From positions 1-40,894 of the forward strand of contig JAFOBC010000042.1 in assembly GCA_017382015.1 (NCBI GenBank): a DNA stretch of 40,894 bases, written 5' to 3'. The notes beneath the pieces are model-generated. The model was not told where the DNA came from, ran no database searches, and saw only the letters and a list, made by a program, of their open reading frames with translations. Position 1 is the stretch's first letter, and every line of letters begins with the position of its first letter. The position numbers and the translations under genes are program-made. Positions 15,408-24,779 of the stretch are shown here, piece by piece. The DNA is from Clostridia bacterium (GTDB lineage Bacteria; Bacillota; Clostridia; Oscillospirales; Acutalibacteraceae).

Positions 15408-18098
15408 TTACTTTCCGATAATTTCATTAATATAAATGCGCTCAATTTCACTGAAAAGCGCTTTGTCTTTCTTCCTGATATCCCATTGCTCAATCAAACA
15501 ATTCATTAAACAGTTTTTGCTGTTCAACACATTGGATGATCTGAGTGACGGATTAGAATTTATAAAATTCTCCAAGCTTGTATTGACATCACATATTTTA
15601 CATGTCTGAGTTACCAAGGGGTTTATGCTTCTGGAAAACCTTATAAATAGACCGGGGTCGGCCAATAAATTCAGAACATCTTCAGGTATACACTCACAAA
15701 AGCACTTGCAAGCTCTGCAAATAGCGCTCCTTTTATTTGTTAATACCTCATATCCCTTATCGCTTCTTATATCAATACAATTGTGTTGCGTTGCACAAAT
15801 AACATCCTGCCTGGAAATATATTTTCTGCTGTCGAGCATAAAACTGTTGGCATAGACGGGCTTGACCAGCTTAGGTCTGTTATCGCCTTCGGAATAAACC
15901 GCCGCAACACCTTGCTTGAGCGTGGAGAGTGCCGCTATCTGTTCATCTGTCATGTTCATAGCGCCACCCATCAATGTTCTCTCATCCTCAGCTACTGTTC
16001 GATGGACGATCTTTAAATTAGTGTTTTTTATCAGATCCGGTGCCAATTTCGACGGAATCTGATCGGCAACAACAAAGCCCTGTCCTTTGCTTCGCATCTC
16101 CGCAAGCATATTGCAGAAAAACTCAACAGCCGCACCCCTTGGGTCAGCATTTTCACCTGTTCCGCTTTGGACATTTTTCAAAAGCCTGTGTGCTTCTTCT
16201 ATGAGTAAAAGATGTCTGATTTCAAGCTGGCAATCCTCTTGTTGACGTCTGTACTCCAAAACCTTGATGAGCAAAAGACTGATGATAAATGCTTTTACAT
16301 CATCATCGCCAATATCCTCAATTTCAATTATAGTATTATTTTCAAGCAAATGCTCCATCGGGAAAGATTTTTTCACATTAAGCGCAGAGCCTTTGCTACC
16401 TATACGCAATGAATTTATGCGTGCCTGTAACGAGCCAATCAGGTCGTTACGCATTTTTGAATCGTAACCCATCTCCGTAACAATTTGCGGTATTTTGAAG
16501 TACAAATCCTCAATTGTCGGGTAAACTTCAACACCGTTACGATTCACATTATTGTCTATATCCCAGCCGTAATCCTCATAAATGCTGTATATGGCTTTTT
16601 CAAGCACATACGGCATAGGTGTATACATAATAAAGCTCGCTTTAAATGCAGCATAAACAAAATCTATATGAGTCTGAATAGAAACCGATTTCACGTTTCC
16701 GTTAACGTCCTTGTATGAAACGCGTTCGAAAGGATTGATGCATAACCTGCTGGCATTAGGTTCACTGGAACCCACGCTGTATATACGCAAATCATCAAAT
16801 CCGAGTTTATAAAGCTCCCAATATTCTTTTTTGGCGGGTTCTATAATTAAAAACGGCTTTCTTTTTGAGTTGTTTTTTCCTACGCTGCATATCAAACTCT
16901 TTAAAGTATTTGTCTTACCTGAACCGGTTAATCCAATTACCAGGCAATGCCTGTTAAACTCGTTTATATCAATCAGATATTCATTGTTGGTAGGATTACC
17001 GTTTTCAAGTATATGACCAACAGATAAATCTCCTTGAATTTCTCTGTTAACATCAAAAGCAACATAATCTTTTACACCGAATCCAGCCGTATCAACAACA
17101 GGCGGCGCAGAATACACAGCCAACTCCTTACTGCTCAGCAATGTACCGTAAACCGGATAATCAGACTTACAGAAATTATTATGTGTATACTTTCCGGCAT
17201 CAATCAGTCTGTGATAACAACCAGGCCGATGATAAACCGGATGAACAGGCTCAGGAATTGACTCTTCGCCCAGATAAGCAGACGAAAGCAAACCGCCAAG
17301 AAGTCCGGCATCGTCATTACTGGTAGCTGCAAAATTTATAACCGTACTCCACTCACCAACAGCAATGCTTTCTTCCAACTTTTCAACAAAAGCCTGGATT
17401 TTTTTGTTGTATTGTTCACTATGAAAATAGCTCTTTTTGTATGAAGTGGTTTCTACATTATCACTATCCGTATATGTCACATCGGAAAGCTGACTGCATT
17501 CCGTAGCAAGAGTCAACCACATATGCTGTCTTACTATAGATTCACTCTTGCTGACAGGAGTTGCAAAAATAGAAATTTGCCACTTTTTGTTTTTCATTCC
17601 GCGTACTACTTTCTCAAGTTGATTTGAGAATTTAAAATTTTCAGAACCGGTCGAATTGCCTTTTAAAAATCCGCCATTGCTCCAATTCTGATTGTTTAAT
17701 ACAGTAGCAGAATCAAAAACTGCATCGTTATCAGATTCGTTTCTTGAAAACTGTATCTGAGGAAAAATTCCGGAATATGTATTTTTGATCACTTCAAGAT
17801 ATTGTATCGGGCCACCTATAAACACATCTATTTTATTTCCGTCACAATTAATAACAGTAGATACGTTAATCTTAAGAGAATGTAAACTCACAAAAACTTC
17901 TGTCAGAATATTCCATAACGGTCTTTCTTCTACATCCCATAAATTGCTGATTTCGGTAATTTTTAAATATGCATATGAACCGACAGCATAATCTTCAGAT
18001 ATTCCATCGGTAACTCTGCTTGAATTCATAGCGTCAAGCATTACCACATACCTATCTATAATACGTTTACTTTTCTCCTCGAATTCGATTCTTTTCAT
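15408..18098 (-). CDS. HerA/FtsK-superfamily (DUF87-like) P-loop ATPase with Cys-rich C-terminal region
   Basis: The track ORF runs to 18143. I prefer the ATG at 18098 (MKRIEFEE...), which has GGAG about 10 nt upstream. Walker A GLTGSGKT is at 16911-16934. Walker B HLLLIEEAH, typical of HerA/DUF87, is at 16188-16214, and ADQIPSKL follows. The C-terminus holds CRACKCFCEC...CKIC...CLMNC. Confidence 0.75.
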   Translation of the reverse strand: MKRIEFEEKSKRIIDRYVVMLDAMNSSRVTDGISEDYAVGSYAYLKITEISNLWDVEERPLWNILTEVFVSLHSLKINVSTVINCDGNKIDVFIGGPIQYLEVIKNTYSGIFPQIQFSRNESDNDAVFDSATVLNNQNWSNGGFLKGNSTGSENFKFSNQLEKVVRGMKNKKWQISIFATPVSKSESIVRQHMWLTLATECSQLSDVTYTDSDNVETTSYKKSYFHSEQYNKKIQAFVEKLEESIAVGEWSTVINFAATSNDDAGLLGGLLSSAYLGEESIPEPVHPVYHRPGCYHRLIDAGKYTHNNFCKSDYPVYGTLLSSKELAVYSAPPVVDTAGFGVKDYVAFDVNREIQGDLSVGHILENGNPTNNEYLIDINEFNRHCLVIGLTGSGKTNTLKSLICSVGKNNSKRKPFLIIEPAKKEYWELYKLGFDDLRIYSVGSSEPNASRLCINPFERVSYKDVNGNVKSVSIQTHIDFVYAAFKASFIMYTPMPYVLEKAIYSIYEDYGWDIDNNVNRNGVEVYPTIEDLYFKIPQIVTEMGYDSKMRNDLIGSLQARINSLRIGSKGSALNVKKSFPMEHLLENNTIIEIEDIGDDDVKAFIISLLLIKVLEYRRQQEDCQLEIRHLLLIEEAHRLLKNVQSGTGENADPRGAAVEFFCNMLAEMRSKGQGFVVADQIPSKLAPDLIKNTNLKIVHRTVAEDERTLMGGAMNMTDEQIAALSTLKQGVAAVYSEGDNRPKLVKPVYANSFMLDSRKYISRQDVICATQHNCIDIRSDKGYEVLTNKRSAICRACKCFCECIPEDVLNLLADPGLFIRFSRSINPLVTQTCKICDVNTSLENFINSNPSLRSSNVLNSKNCLMNCLIEQWDIRKKDKALFSEIERIYINEIIGK

Positions 18099-18184
18099 AA
18101 TAAAGATTACTCCGTTTCTTGTATATACCGCAAACAATATCACCGCTAAAAAGCGGATTTCAAAGCGACTGATATTTTCAGTAA

Positions 18185-19300
18185 TTAAAACAAGCTTTTA
18201 ATCATAAAAAATATCGCTACTATGATTATAACTATTGGCACTATTGAATATATCCATCCTGAAAGGTAAGAACCAAAACCCGCAAACGAACCGAACGCGC
18301 TGACAAACAGAAACGCCAAAGCTAACGATACCAATAAAATGCCAAATATCGGAAAACTGCGTTTCTTTTTTGAAAACATTCTTGACAGTATACCTATAGT
18401 TGTCAACTGTGTCAACAAATACAAAACCGACAGAACAGCCGCTGTGATTAGCCAGACTGTACAAAACTCTTTTATGCTTGCAAAAAAGTTACCGTCTGAT
18501 GTTGCCGCAACAAAGCAAACGAAAAAGAACATAAGCGCTGACAGAATACCGTATACAATCGCTTTTACAGAGCGCTGAAAGCCAACCTTGCTTTCGTACC
18601 CATTGCTGATTACATGGATTTCATCAGCCATCAAAACGCCATTTTTACGATATTTACCATGAACTTCTACTTCAGCATTATCAACAAGCTGCAAACCTCC
18701 GGATATAGTGCCATGAATATTTACAGGAATATCGTTATACTGCTGATAACCTAATTCATCTTCATCGTGTTCAACGCGGACAACAAATCTGTGCAAAACA
18801 TCCTCGAGCCTTTGTCTGTATACAATGGCATCGTAAATTTTCTGCGGTAAAAATCTTCTGTATTCACCATCTTCTTTACCGGAACTGGTGTACTGCGAAA
18901 CTTTACCGCGAATTGTTCGCTGATTAAGAAAAATTCCATTATTCACAGTTGACTGTGTGCTTGTGCTTTTTGTAGTTAAAAGCTGGGGACTGACCGTGTC
19001 AGGAAAGCTCGGTTTGAGATTACTGTTGTTGCCGCTTTCATCCGAAGGAGATCCCCAGGGATCAAATTTAGGCTGCATATCGGTTTGATTACTTTTGTCA
19101 AAACCACTACTGCCTGCGCCCGTCGGAAAATCGCCGAACGCAAAATCGTTTTTTTCGCCAGGCAACATGCATCTTCCAAAAAGATCGCCTTTTTCTACCG
19201 ACTCCACTTGCAAGGCTGCACCGCACACCGGGCAAGCCAATGCGTTTAAATCTTCGGTATATGGTCTTCCCGGACAATTATTACAATATTTAACTATCAT
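18185..19300 (-). CDS. zinc-ribbon membrane protein (N-terminal CxxC..CxxC, central beta-rich domain, 4 C-terminal TM helices)
   Basis: 371 aa. The N-terminus is YCNNCPGRPY...ACPVCGAAL. A low-complexity linker and a soluble domain follow. The hydrophobic C-terminus is IVYGILSALMFFFVCFVAA ... IVPIVIIIVAIFFMI. Confidence 0.65.
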   Translation of the reverse strand: MIVKYCNNCPGRPYTEDLNALACPVCGAALQVESVEKGDLFGRCMLPGEKNDFAFGDFPTGAGSSGFDKSNQTDMQPKFDPWGSPSDESGNNSNLKPSFPDTVSPQLLTTKSTSTQSTVNNGIFLNQRTIRGKVSQYTSSGKEDGEYRRFLPQKIYDAIVYRQRLEDVLHRFVVRVEHDEDELGYQQYNDIPVNIHGTISGGLQLVDNAEVEVHGKYRKNGVLMADEIHVISNGYESKVGFQRSVKAIVYGILSALMFFFVCFVAATSDGNFFASIKEFCTVWLITAAVLSVLYLLTQLTTIGILSRMFSKKKRSFPIFGILLVSLALAFLFVSAFGSFAGFGSYLSGWIYSIVPIVIIIVAIFFMIKSLF

Positions 19301-19345
19301 TTTTACTCTCCGAATATAAGTTGAATTTCTCTTAAAGGTTGGTTA

Positions 19346-20860
19346 TTAACCAAACGGATTATTTGTGGAGGAATTATCCGTAAAAATATTGCCGGCATTA
19401 TTTCCAAACGGATTACCGGCTCCGTTTCCAATCTGAGAGGAGGAAGAATTTTGTCCACCAAGAGGATTTTGAACAAAACTGCTACCCGAATTGCCTCCGG
19501 ACACAGCACTGCTGTTTCCCAATGGATTATAAGAAAACGGATCAGATGCGGGATTAGTCTCTTTAGTTGTACCATCAAAAACTAAACTTTTAAAGGGATC
19601 ATTCTTCTCTTTTTCAGATTGTAGTTTCTTTTGTTCATCTTCTGCATCACTGACAAAACCGGGCACCGGCATGCCTTTCGTTTCGGCATACTTAGCGGCT
19701 GAACCCTTTTTTGCAGAGCCAAACTCACCATATGTAATTGCCCACAGCACACAGAAAATCAACCTCAAGTATTCTATATCAATAAACGATCCGGCAAAGA
19801 ATTCCAAGATTAATACTGCAGCTACACAGCATATAATAGAGAAAAGCAAGCTCTTCTTTAATATCTTGTTTGAGTCATGGCAGAAATACATCTTTCCAAT
19901 CGACCAGGCTACACCCAGCATGCACAAAAATATAATTCTCAAAAATGCATACAGGGCATCATTCTTATAAACAAACCTTGTGGAAAGAAGATTTCTGTCT
20001 GTGTTAAAGCCTTTCGCCTGCTCCAGACTCTCTGCCAACTGAGAAACATCCTCGCATCTTACAAACACGCCTCCTGTACTGTCTGCAAGCTTCTTGAGGA
20101 AACTTTCATTACAACCATCTATGCCGATTGTGCTTACACTTATTAAGTTTTTCTTGCATAATCTCGCTACACTTCCAGTTCCAAATGAACTGCTGTGTCC
20201 ATCACTTACCAAAAGTATTTTAGGCGAAACTCCCGCTCCGGCTAATTTACCGTCGCTGAAATCTTTCACTATTGTCTTAATGCTGGTAAGAATCTCCGTT
20301 CCACCCATAGATTCAAAAGACATAAGCTGAACATCACTATCATCATATTTACCCATTGGTTTTATCAGCTCTGCATCATAAGCAAACCTGTAAACAGCAT
20401 ATGGTTCATCTACATTGTCGCTGGTCATAACATCTTTGATAGCCTGCACTCTTAAATCTTCTGTTCCGTCCATCGAACCGGAATCATCTACCAAAAAGAT
20501 ATACGATGTCGGCTCGTAATAATCTCGTCCGCCTAACTCGTATAAAAATTCAAACAAGCAGGAAAATGCAACCACAGCAGCCATAGCAATAATACCCAAA
20601 GTACAAGCCTCTTTGATATTACGCTTTTTTTCTTTGGTCGACACATCTGCTTTCACCGCCAAAATGATAAAAAGAATTATAAACATCAGCACAGCAAAAA
20701 CTAAGAAATAAACAGAAATGCCTAACGGTGTCCATATTTTCTCTGTCAAGAAAGTGAATGCCAATTCACCAATCAGCCAAAAAATAACACCTGTCAGCGC
20801 AGTTAGTATCAAATGCTTTGACACACCTTTTCCTGAAGATTTCTTCATCTTCTTTTTCAT
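19346..20860 (-). CDS. polytopic membrane protein with a vWA domain in a loop and a G/N/S-rich tail
   Basis: 504 aa. Three TM helices precede a vWA domain whose MIDAS motif DDSGS lies at 20474-20488 (IFLVDDSGSMDG; later LLVSDGHSS). Three more TM helices follow. The ~110-aa tail carries NPLG x2 and NPFG x2. Confidence 0.75.
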   Translation of the reverse strand: MKKKMKKSSGKGVSKHLILTALTGVIFWLIGELAFTFLTEKIWTPLGISVYFLVFAVLMFIILFIILAVKADVSTKEKKRNIKEACTLGIIAMAAVVAFSCLFEFLYELGGRDYYEPTSYIFLVDDSGSMDGTEDLRVQAIKDVMTSDNVDEPYAVYRFAYDAELIKPMGKYDDSDVQLMSFESMGGTEILTSIKTIVKDFSDGKLAGAGVSPKILLVSDGHSSSFGTGSVARLCKKNLISVSTIGIDGCNESFLKKLADSTGGVFVRCEDVSQLAESLEQAKGFNTDRNLLSTRFVYKNDALYAFLRIIFLCMLGVAWSIGKMYFCHDSNKILKKSLLFSIICCVAAVLILEFFAGSFIDIEYLRLIFCVLWAITYGEFGSAKKGSAAKYAETKGMPVPGFVSDAEDEQKKLQSEKEKNDPFKSLVFDGTTKETNPASDPFSYNPLGNSSAVSGGNSGSSFVQNPLGGQNSSSSQIGNGAGNPFGNNAGNIFTDNSSTNNPFG

Positions 20861-20949
20861 CGCAGATCTAATCCTTTCGTCAAATAGTTTTAGAGAGTAT
20901 TAATTAAACCATTATTGATAAGCTGATGCTATAAACTTACTATCTATAT

Positions 20950-20980
20950 AACCCAAGGGTTGAGAATCAACCCTTGGGTT
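20950..20980 (-). terminator. perfect 12-bp hairpin between the tubulin-like gene and the downstream block (possible partial terminator or processing site)
   Basis: aacccaagggtt-gagaatc-aacccttgggtt lies 9 nt after the stop at 20989. There is no strong T-run on the minus strand. Confidence 0.4.
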
Positions 20981-20988
20981 CATTTGAA

Positions 20989-23900
20989 TTACAACAACAT
21001 ATATGTACGGCAATAATTAAGCTCATCAATAAATTTATTGAAATTATCAATAAGATCCTGAGCAGTAGTATATTTTTTGGGGTAGCAATATAACTCCTTG
21101 TAGTTTGAGTTAAGGTAATACGGTTCTATTGCCTGCGCCCTAGCCTGAGGATCACGAATGCGCATAAGCTCACCCGCCATAGCAACTTGCATTTCATCCA
21201 TTACATAATCCCAACTTGCATAAGCCGTGCGAGTCTGCTCCATCTCATTAAACTTATCCACAATGCCCTGAACCGCAACATCATTGCAAACCACATTTTT
21301 AACAAATGCAGAGAATACAAGATACCACTTAAAGGGAATATCAAGCTTGTCATTCTTTCTCATATAATCGTCAAAGAATTTGATGGGAGGCTCATACTGG
21401 CTATCGCTGTACTTGCAGAACCATCCGCTCTGCGGATCATACGAAAGAGCATCAACCTTAATAGCCTTAACAAACAAAGCAACGTTGTTTCTGAGAGCTG
21501 CAAGATTGTCCATAGTGTAGAAGAAATTGGCTCCTTCATAGAAGGCCTTAGCTTCTACAACAAGCTTTGCCATTCTCATATCAGCACGGACAAGTCTGTA
21601 TATGTTTTTGAGATCGAAATCATTATCCGGCCTTTCGGTCTGCTTTGCCTTCAAACCGGCATTAGCGATATTAGTATCAAGGAAAATTACTTTTGTTTTA
21701 TTAATATGCAGATCCGCCTCAATACTGTGAAGTGCATCTATCCAGGTTGCAGCGGGATTATTGGCTTTTATCTGCAGCAGGCGTGCTTCAATCTGAGCCA
21801 TAAATTCCGGTGATTTATCGGTAAGTTCAAGGAACTTACATTTGCTGTTTTCAGACCAAATATACTTATACTTAATACCATAATCAACAGCATCACGTAT
21901 AATGTCATACGCTCTTCTGTCCTGGTTTCTTACACCGTTTTCGTCAGTAGCTCTGTCGGCATCAGAAATAACCAGGTCTGTTCTACCGCGTTCAGCATAA
22001 TATGCTTCGGCATCCATACCGAAAATTTCAGGAAGGTTATTCTGCCATTTTTCTGTTACTTCATCAAGATGACGTCCTGCCTGTGCTTCCGGGCTTTTCT
22101 CTGATCTGAAGTATTCCTGGGCATAGTTGCGCATTCCGGAAACCATTGCAAGAGGAACAAAGGTTTTGGACATAGCCATTGTAATACATGTCTTATGCTC
22201 ACAAACACTTCCGTCGCCCATATATGCAACATCAACGAAGTTATCACCAAATCTACTATGAAGCTCAGAAACAATAGCAGTATTAAGATTGCGGGTCTCG
22301 TTAAGCAGAATGACCGTTGCCTTTTTGCTGAACTCATTGGCTGTGTTATGATCTACCTCAAACTTAAGCATAAGGCTATCGATAAGTGAATCAACAATAT
22401 TGGACGCTGCTGAACTCAGAGCATTATTTCTCAGATTGGTATCGTTCCAGATATTGTTTATATCAGCTATCGTAACCTGCTGGTTATTGTTGTTTCTGGC
22501 AATAATACTGTTTGCGTCGCCATAAACAATAACCATAAGCTTTTCAAGCATCTGTGAAACAAGATCTCCTGTAACAGAATTAAACAGCGATCTGATTTCA
22601 TCAGCAAGCGCGGAAGGATTTTCTGAAATATTTTTCCACTTTGCCTTTCTGTCCGGAGCAAACATACTTGCCACAAACTGCTGTTTTACGGCATCTACTT
22701 TTTCTTTATCAATGTATCCGTCAAAAATTGTGCGGAACAAATCATTCTGATTACGTGCATCGTTCAAAGCAAATGCATTAAGAGAATATATAGATGAATT
22801 ACCTTCCACACGAAGTGTGCTCTGTGCAAATGCTGTAGCGTCATTGGAAAGCATATCCATTACGCATTTTATAATCGGCACATAAATTTCGAAGGTTTCG
22901 CTATTGAATGCATTCAGTTTTGAGCGAACACCATCGATAATGTACCTCATAAATCTGCTGTAAAAGCTATACTCGAAATATGCCTCGGAATATTTCTGGC
23001 AAAGGCTTATGAACACTTCAATTTCGTCAGAGTGAGGATTTCTGTCGGAATCCAGAGTCTGCTTACCTTTTCTTAAAGCCTCCGTAGCTCTGTCCAGCTC
23101 TTGTTGCTTTTCATTTACAGCCAACGCAATATTATTGGAGTAATCAGCAAGCAGCTGAATAAAACCTTTAAGTCTTCCGTCATGACCGGAAAGCAACACA
23201 ATAGCTGCAAAAGGACCGCTGTTATACAGGAAATTCTGATCTTCAAATTTGGAAATTATGGAGCTTGCAAGTGAGTCAATAATGTTGTTGCAAACAGTCT
23301 GAGATATTGAATTGATGTTTCTGTTTACTTTTTCGGTAGCCTCAGTTACGGTATCATCCGTACCATCTACCTTAAACATTTTTTTGACAGGATATGCAGT
23401 TTCATCAGGATAAACCCTCAGCTTATCTCCGGAAATATTCAACTGAGCTGCTACAAAAGCGTAAATTTCATCTATGCTGCCGATTTTGCAGCTTGATGCT
23501 GCCTGACAAACAGACTGCTGAGTAAATTCAAACGCTTTGCTCCACTCTTTGTAAACTTCCAAAAAAGCCTCGTTGGAACAATACGCTACCATTTCATTAC
23601 GAGGGAAATAAATGGAACGAACGCCCAGTGCAGAAAAATTATAGTTCATAAAAGCAGGCAGAAGAGTGTTTTTGATTCCGCTGTTATCTGCAGGTGTTGC
23701 ATCATCTGCAACCTTACCAATGTCAAGATCCCACGTATTTCCCAACGATGTTGCATTGGAAAGCTCACTGATGAGTGATTGGGTCATATTAGCTCCGTCA
23801 GTTGCACCGTTACGGAATAAATCCATTAAACTCTGTGCAGTAGTCTCGATAATATCTTCGCATCTGTAACAGGTAGCTGTGGGAGAAACGATATAAACGT

Positions 23901-24753
23901 TACCTCTTTCAAAAAGTCTCTTGTGAGAAGTATATGTCTTGTCAAGGGTCTTTACAGAATACACAGTATCTGTAATCTGTTCATTACCGACACTCATAAA
24001 ATAGTCAAGCTCTTTAAATGCTGCGTATCCGTTTCTCTGAAGGTTTGACCATCTATCAGGGTTACCGCCAATGGCAGGAATTGACTTCTGCACATCAGGA
24101 GTATAGAAAACGCCATACATTTCTGATTTAATGCTACGATCTTCATGAAGGTCATCCAAAAGCATTCTCACCATGTAACTGATATCGATAAAAGTACCGC
24201 TGCCTGTACCACCGGACACACCAGCCACAATTACAACCTGAAGAATTTCATTGGCTCCAACCGTCAATGAGTTAATCTTGGAACTGATTCGAGCTCTGAG
24301 AGCTTCATATTTAGGTGTTGCGCAAAGCATAACTCTGCCAACAGCTCTGCGCTGTTTTGCACCATCGCCTTTAATTGGTTCAGCCGGCACATCAACGCTA
24401 AGCCATGACTCAACTACAGGGGGCCTTTTAATCAACAATCCATCCGCCGACGAATCATAAACAGGAAAAGTATCGTTCAGTGTAAGATTTCCGCCTGCCT
24501 GAACATTAAGTTCATCCATATCCCCTTGAGCAGTATCCACCGCAAGGAACTGAATACGACCTGTGTCATAAAAATCTCTGAGATAGACACCTTTGGTGGT
24601 ATTAACAGTTTTGCAACCCATACCGCCAAGACCGATAACCAAAACTTTGCCCGATGACGTAATCTCAGCTTTTGTAACTTTTTTTACAAGGCTTCCGCCG
24701 CCTGAACTTGAAAGCTCATCTAAAACTTTTCTCATTGAAATAGGATCTGGCAT
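20989..24753 (-). CDS. giant tubulin/FtsZ-superfamily GTPase-like protein (N-terminal GTPase domain plus ~1000-aa helical extension)
   Basis: 1254 aa. T1-like VLVIGLGGMGCKTV (aa 37-50), T3-like GDGAKQRRAVGR (aa 129-140) and the tubulin signature VAGVSGGTGSGTF are all present. The GGTGSG codons are at 24196-24213. An AAGGAGA SD lies 8 nt upstream. Confidence 0.75.
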   Translation of the reverse strand: MPDPISMRKVLDELSSSGGGSLVKKVTKAEITSSGKVLVIGLGGMGCKTVNTTKGVYLRDFYDTGRIQFLAVDTAQGDMDELNVQAGGNLTLNDTFPVYDSSADGLLIKRPPVVESWLSVDVPAEPIKGDGAKQRRAVGRVMLCATPKYEALRARISSKINSLTVGANEILQVVIVAGVSGGTGSGTFIDISYMVRMLLDDLHEDRSIKSEMYGVFYTPDVQKSIPAIGGNPDRWSNLQRNGYAAFKELDYFMSVGNEQITDTVYSVKTLDKTYTSHKRLFERGNVYIVSPTATCYRCEDIIETTAQSLMDLFRNGATDGANMTQSLISELSNATSLGNTWDLDIGKVADDATPADNSGIKNTLLPAFMNYNFSALGVRSIYFPRNEMVAYCSNEAFLEVYKEWSKAFEFTQQSVCQAASSCKIGSIDEIYAFVAAQLNISGDKLRVYPDETAYPVKKMFKVDGTDDTVTEATEKVNRNINSISQTVCNNIIDSLASSIISKFEDQNFLYNSGPFAAIVLLSGHDGRLKGFIQLLADYSNNIALAVNEKQQELDRATEALRKGKQTLDSDRNPHSDEIEVFISLCQKYSEAYFEYSFYSRFMRYIIDGVRSKLNAFNSETFEIYVPIIKCVMDMLSNDATAFAQSTLRVEGNSSIYSLNAFALNDARNQNDLFRTIFDGYIDKEKVDAVKQQFVASMFAPDRKAKWKNISENPSALADEIRSLFNSVTGDLVSQMLEKLMVIVYGDANSIIARNNNNQQVTIADINNIWNDTNLRNNALSSAASNIVDSLIDSLMLKFEVDHNTANEFSKKATVILLNETRNLNTAIVSELHSRFGDNFVDVAYMGDGSVCEHKTCITMAMSKTFVPLAMVSGMRNYAQEYFRSEKSPEAQAGRHLDEVTEKWQNNLPEIFGMDAEAYYAERGRTDLVISDADRATDENGVRNQDRRAYDIIRDAVDYGIKYKYIWSENSKCKFLELTDKSPEFMAQIEARLLQIKANNPAATWIDALHSIEADLHINKTKVIFLDTNIANAGLKAKQTERPDNDFDLKNIYRLVRADMRMAKLVVEAKAFYEGANFFYTMDNLAALRNNVALFVKAIKVDALSYDPQSGWFCKYSDSQYEPPIKFFDDYMRKNDKLDIPFKWYLVFSAFVKNVVCNDVAVQGIVDKFNEMEQTRTAYASWDYVMDEMQVAMAGELMRIRDPQARAQAIEPYYLNSNYKELYCYPKKYTTAQDLIDNFNKFIDELNYCRTYMLL

Positions 24754-24779
24754 AATAGTATTCTCCTTTTTAAATTAAG

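Noticed and set aside
15408-20860. Interpreting the ATPase block as a type VII or type IV secretion/conjugation module
   Set aside because: I see no WXG100/LXG proteins, no EssC-like tandem FtsK domains, no relaxase, no VirB/VirD components and no pilin genes in the window. The ATPase has a single HerA/DUF87-style P-loop domain.
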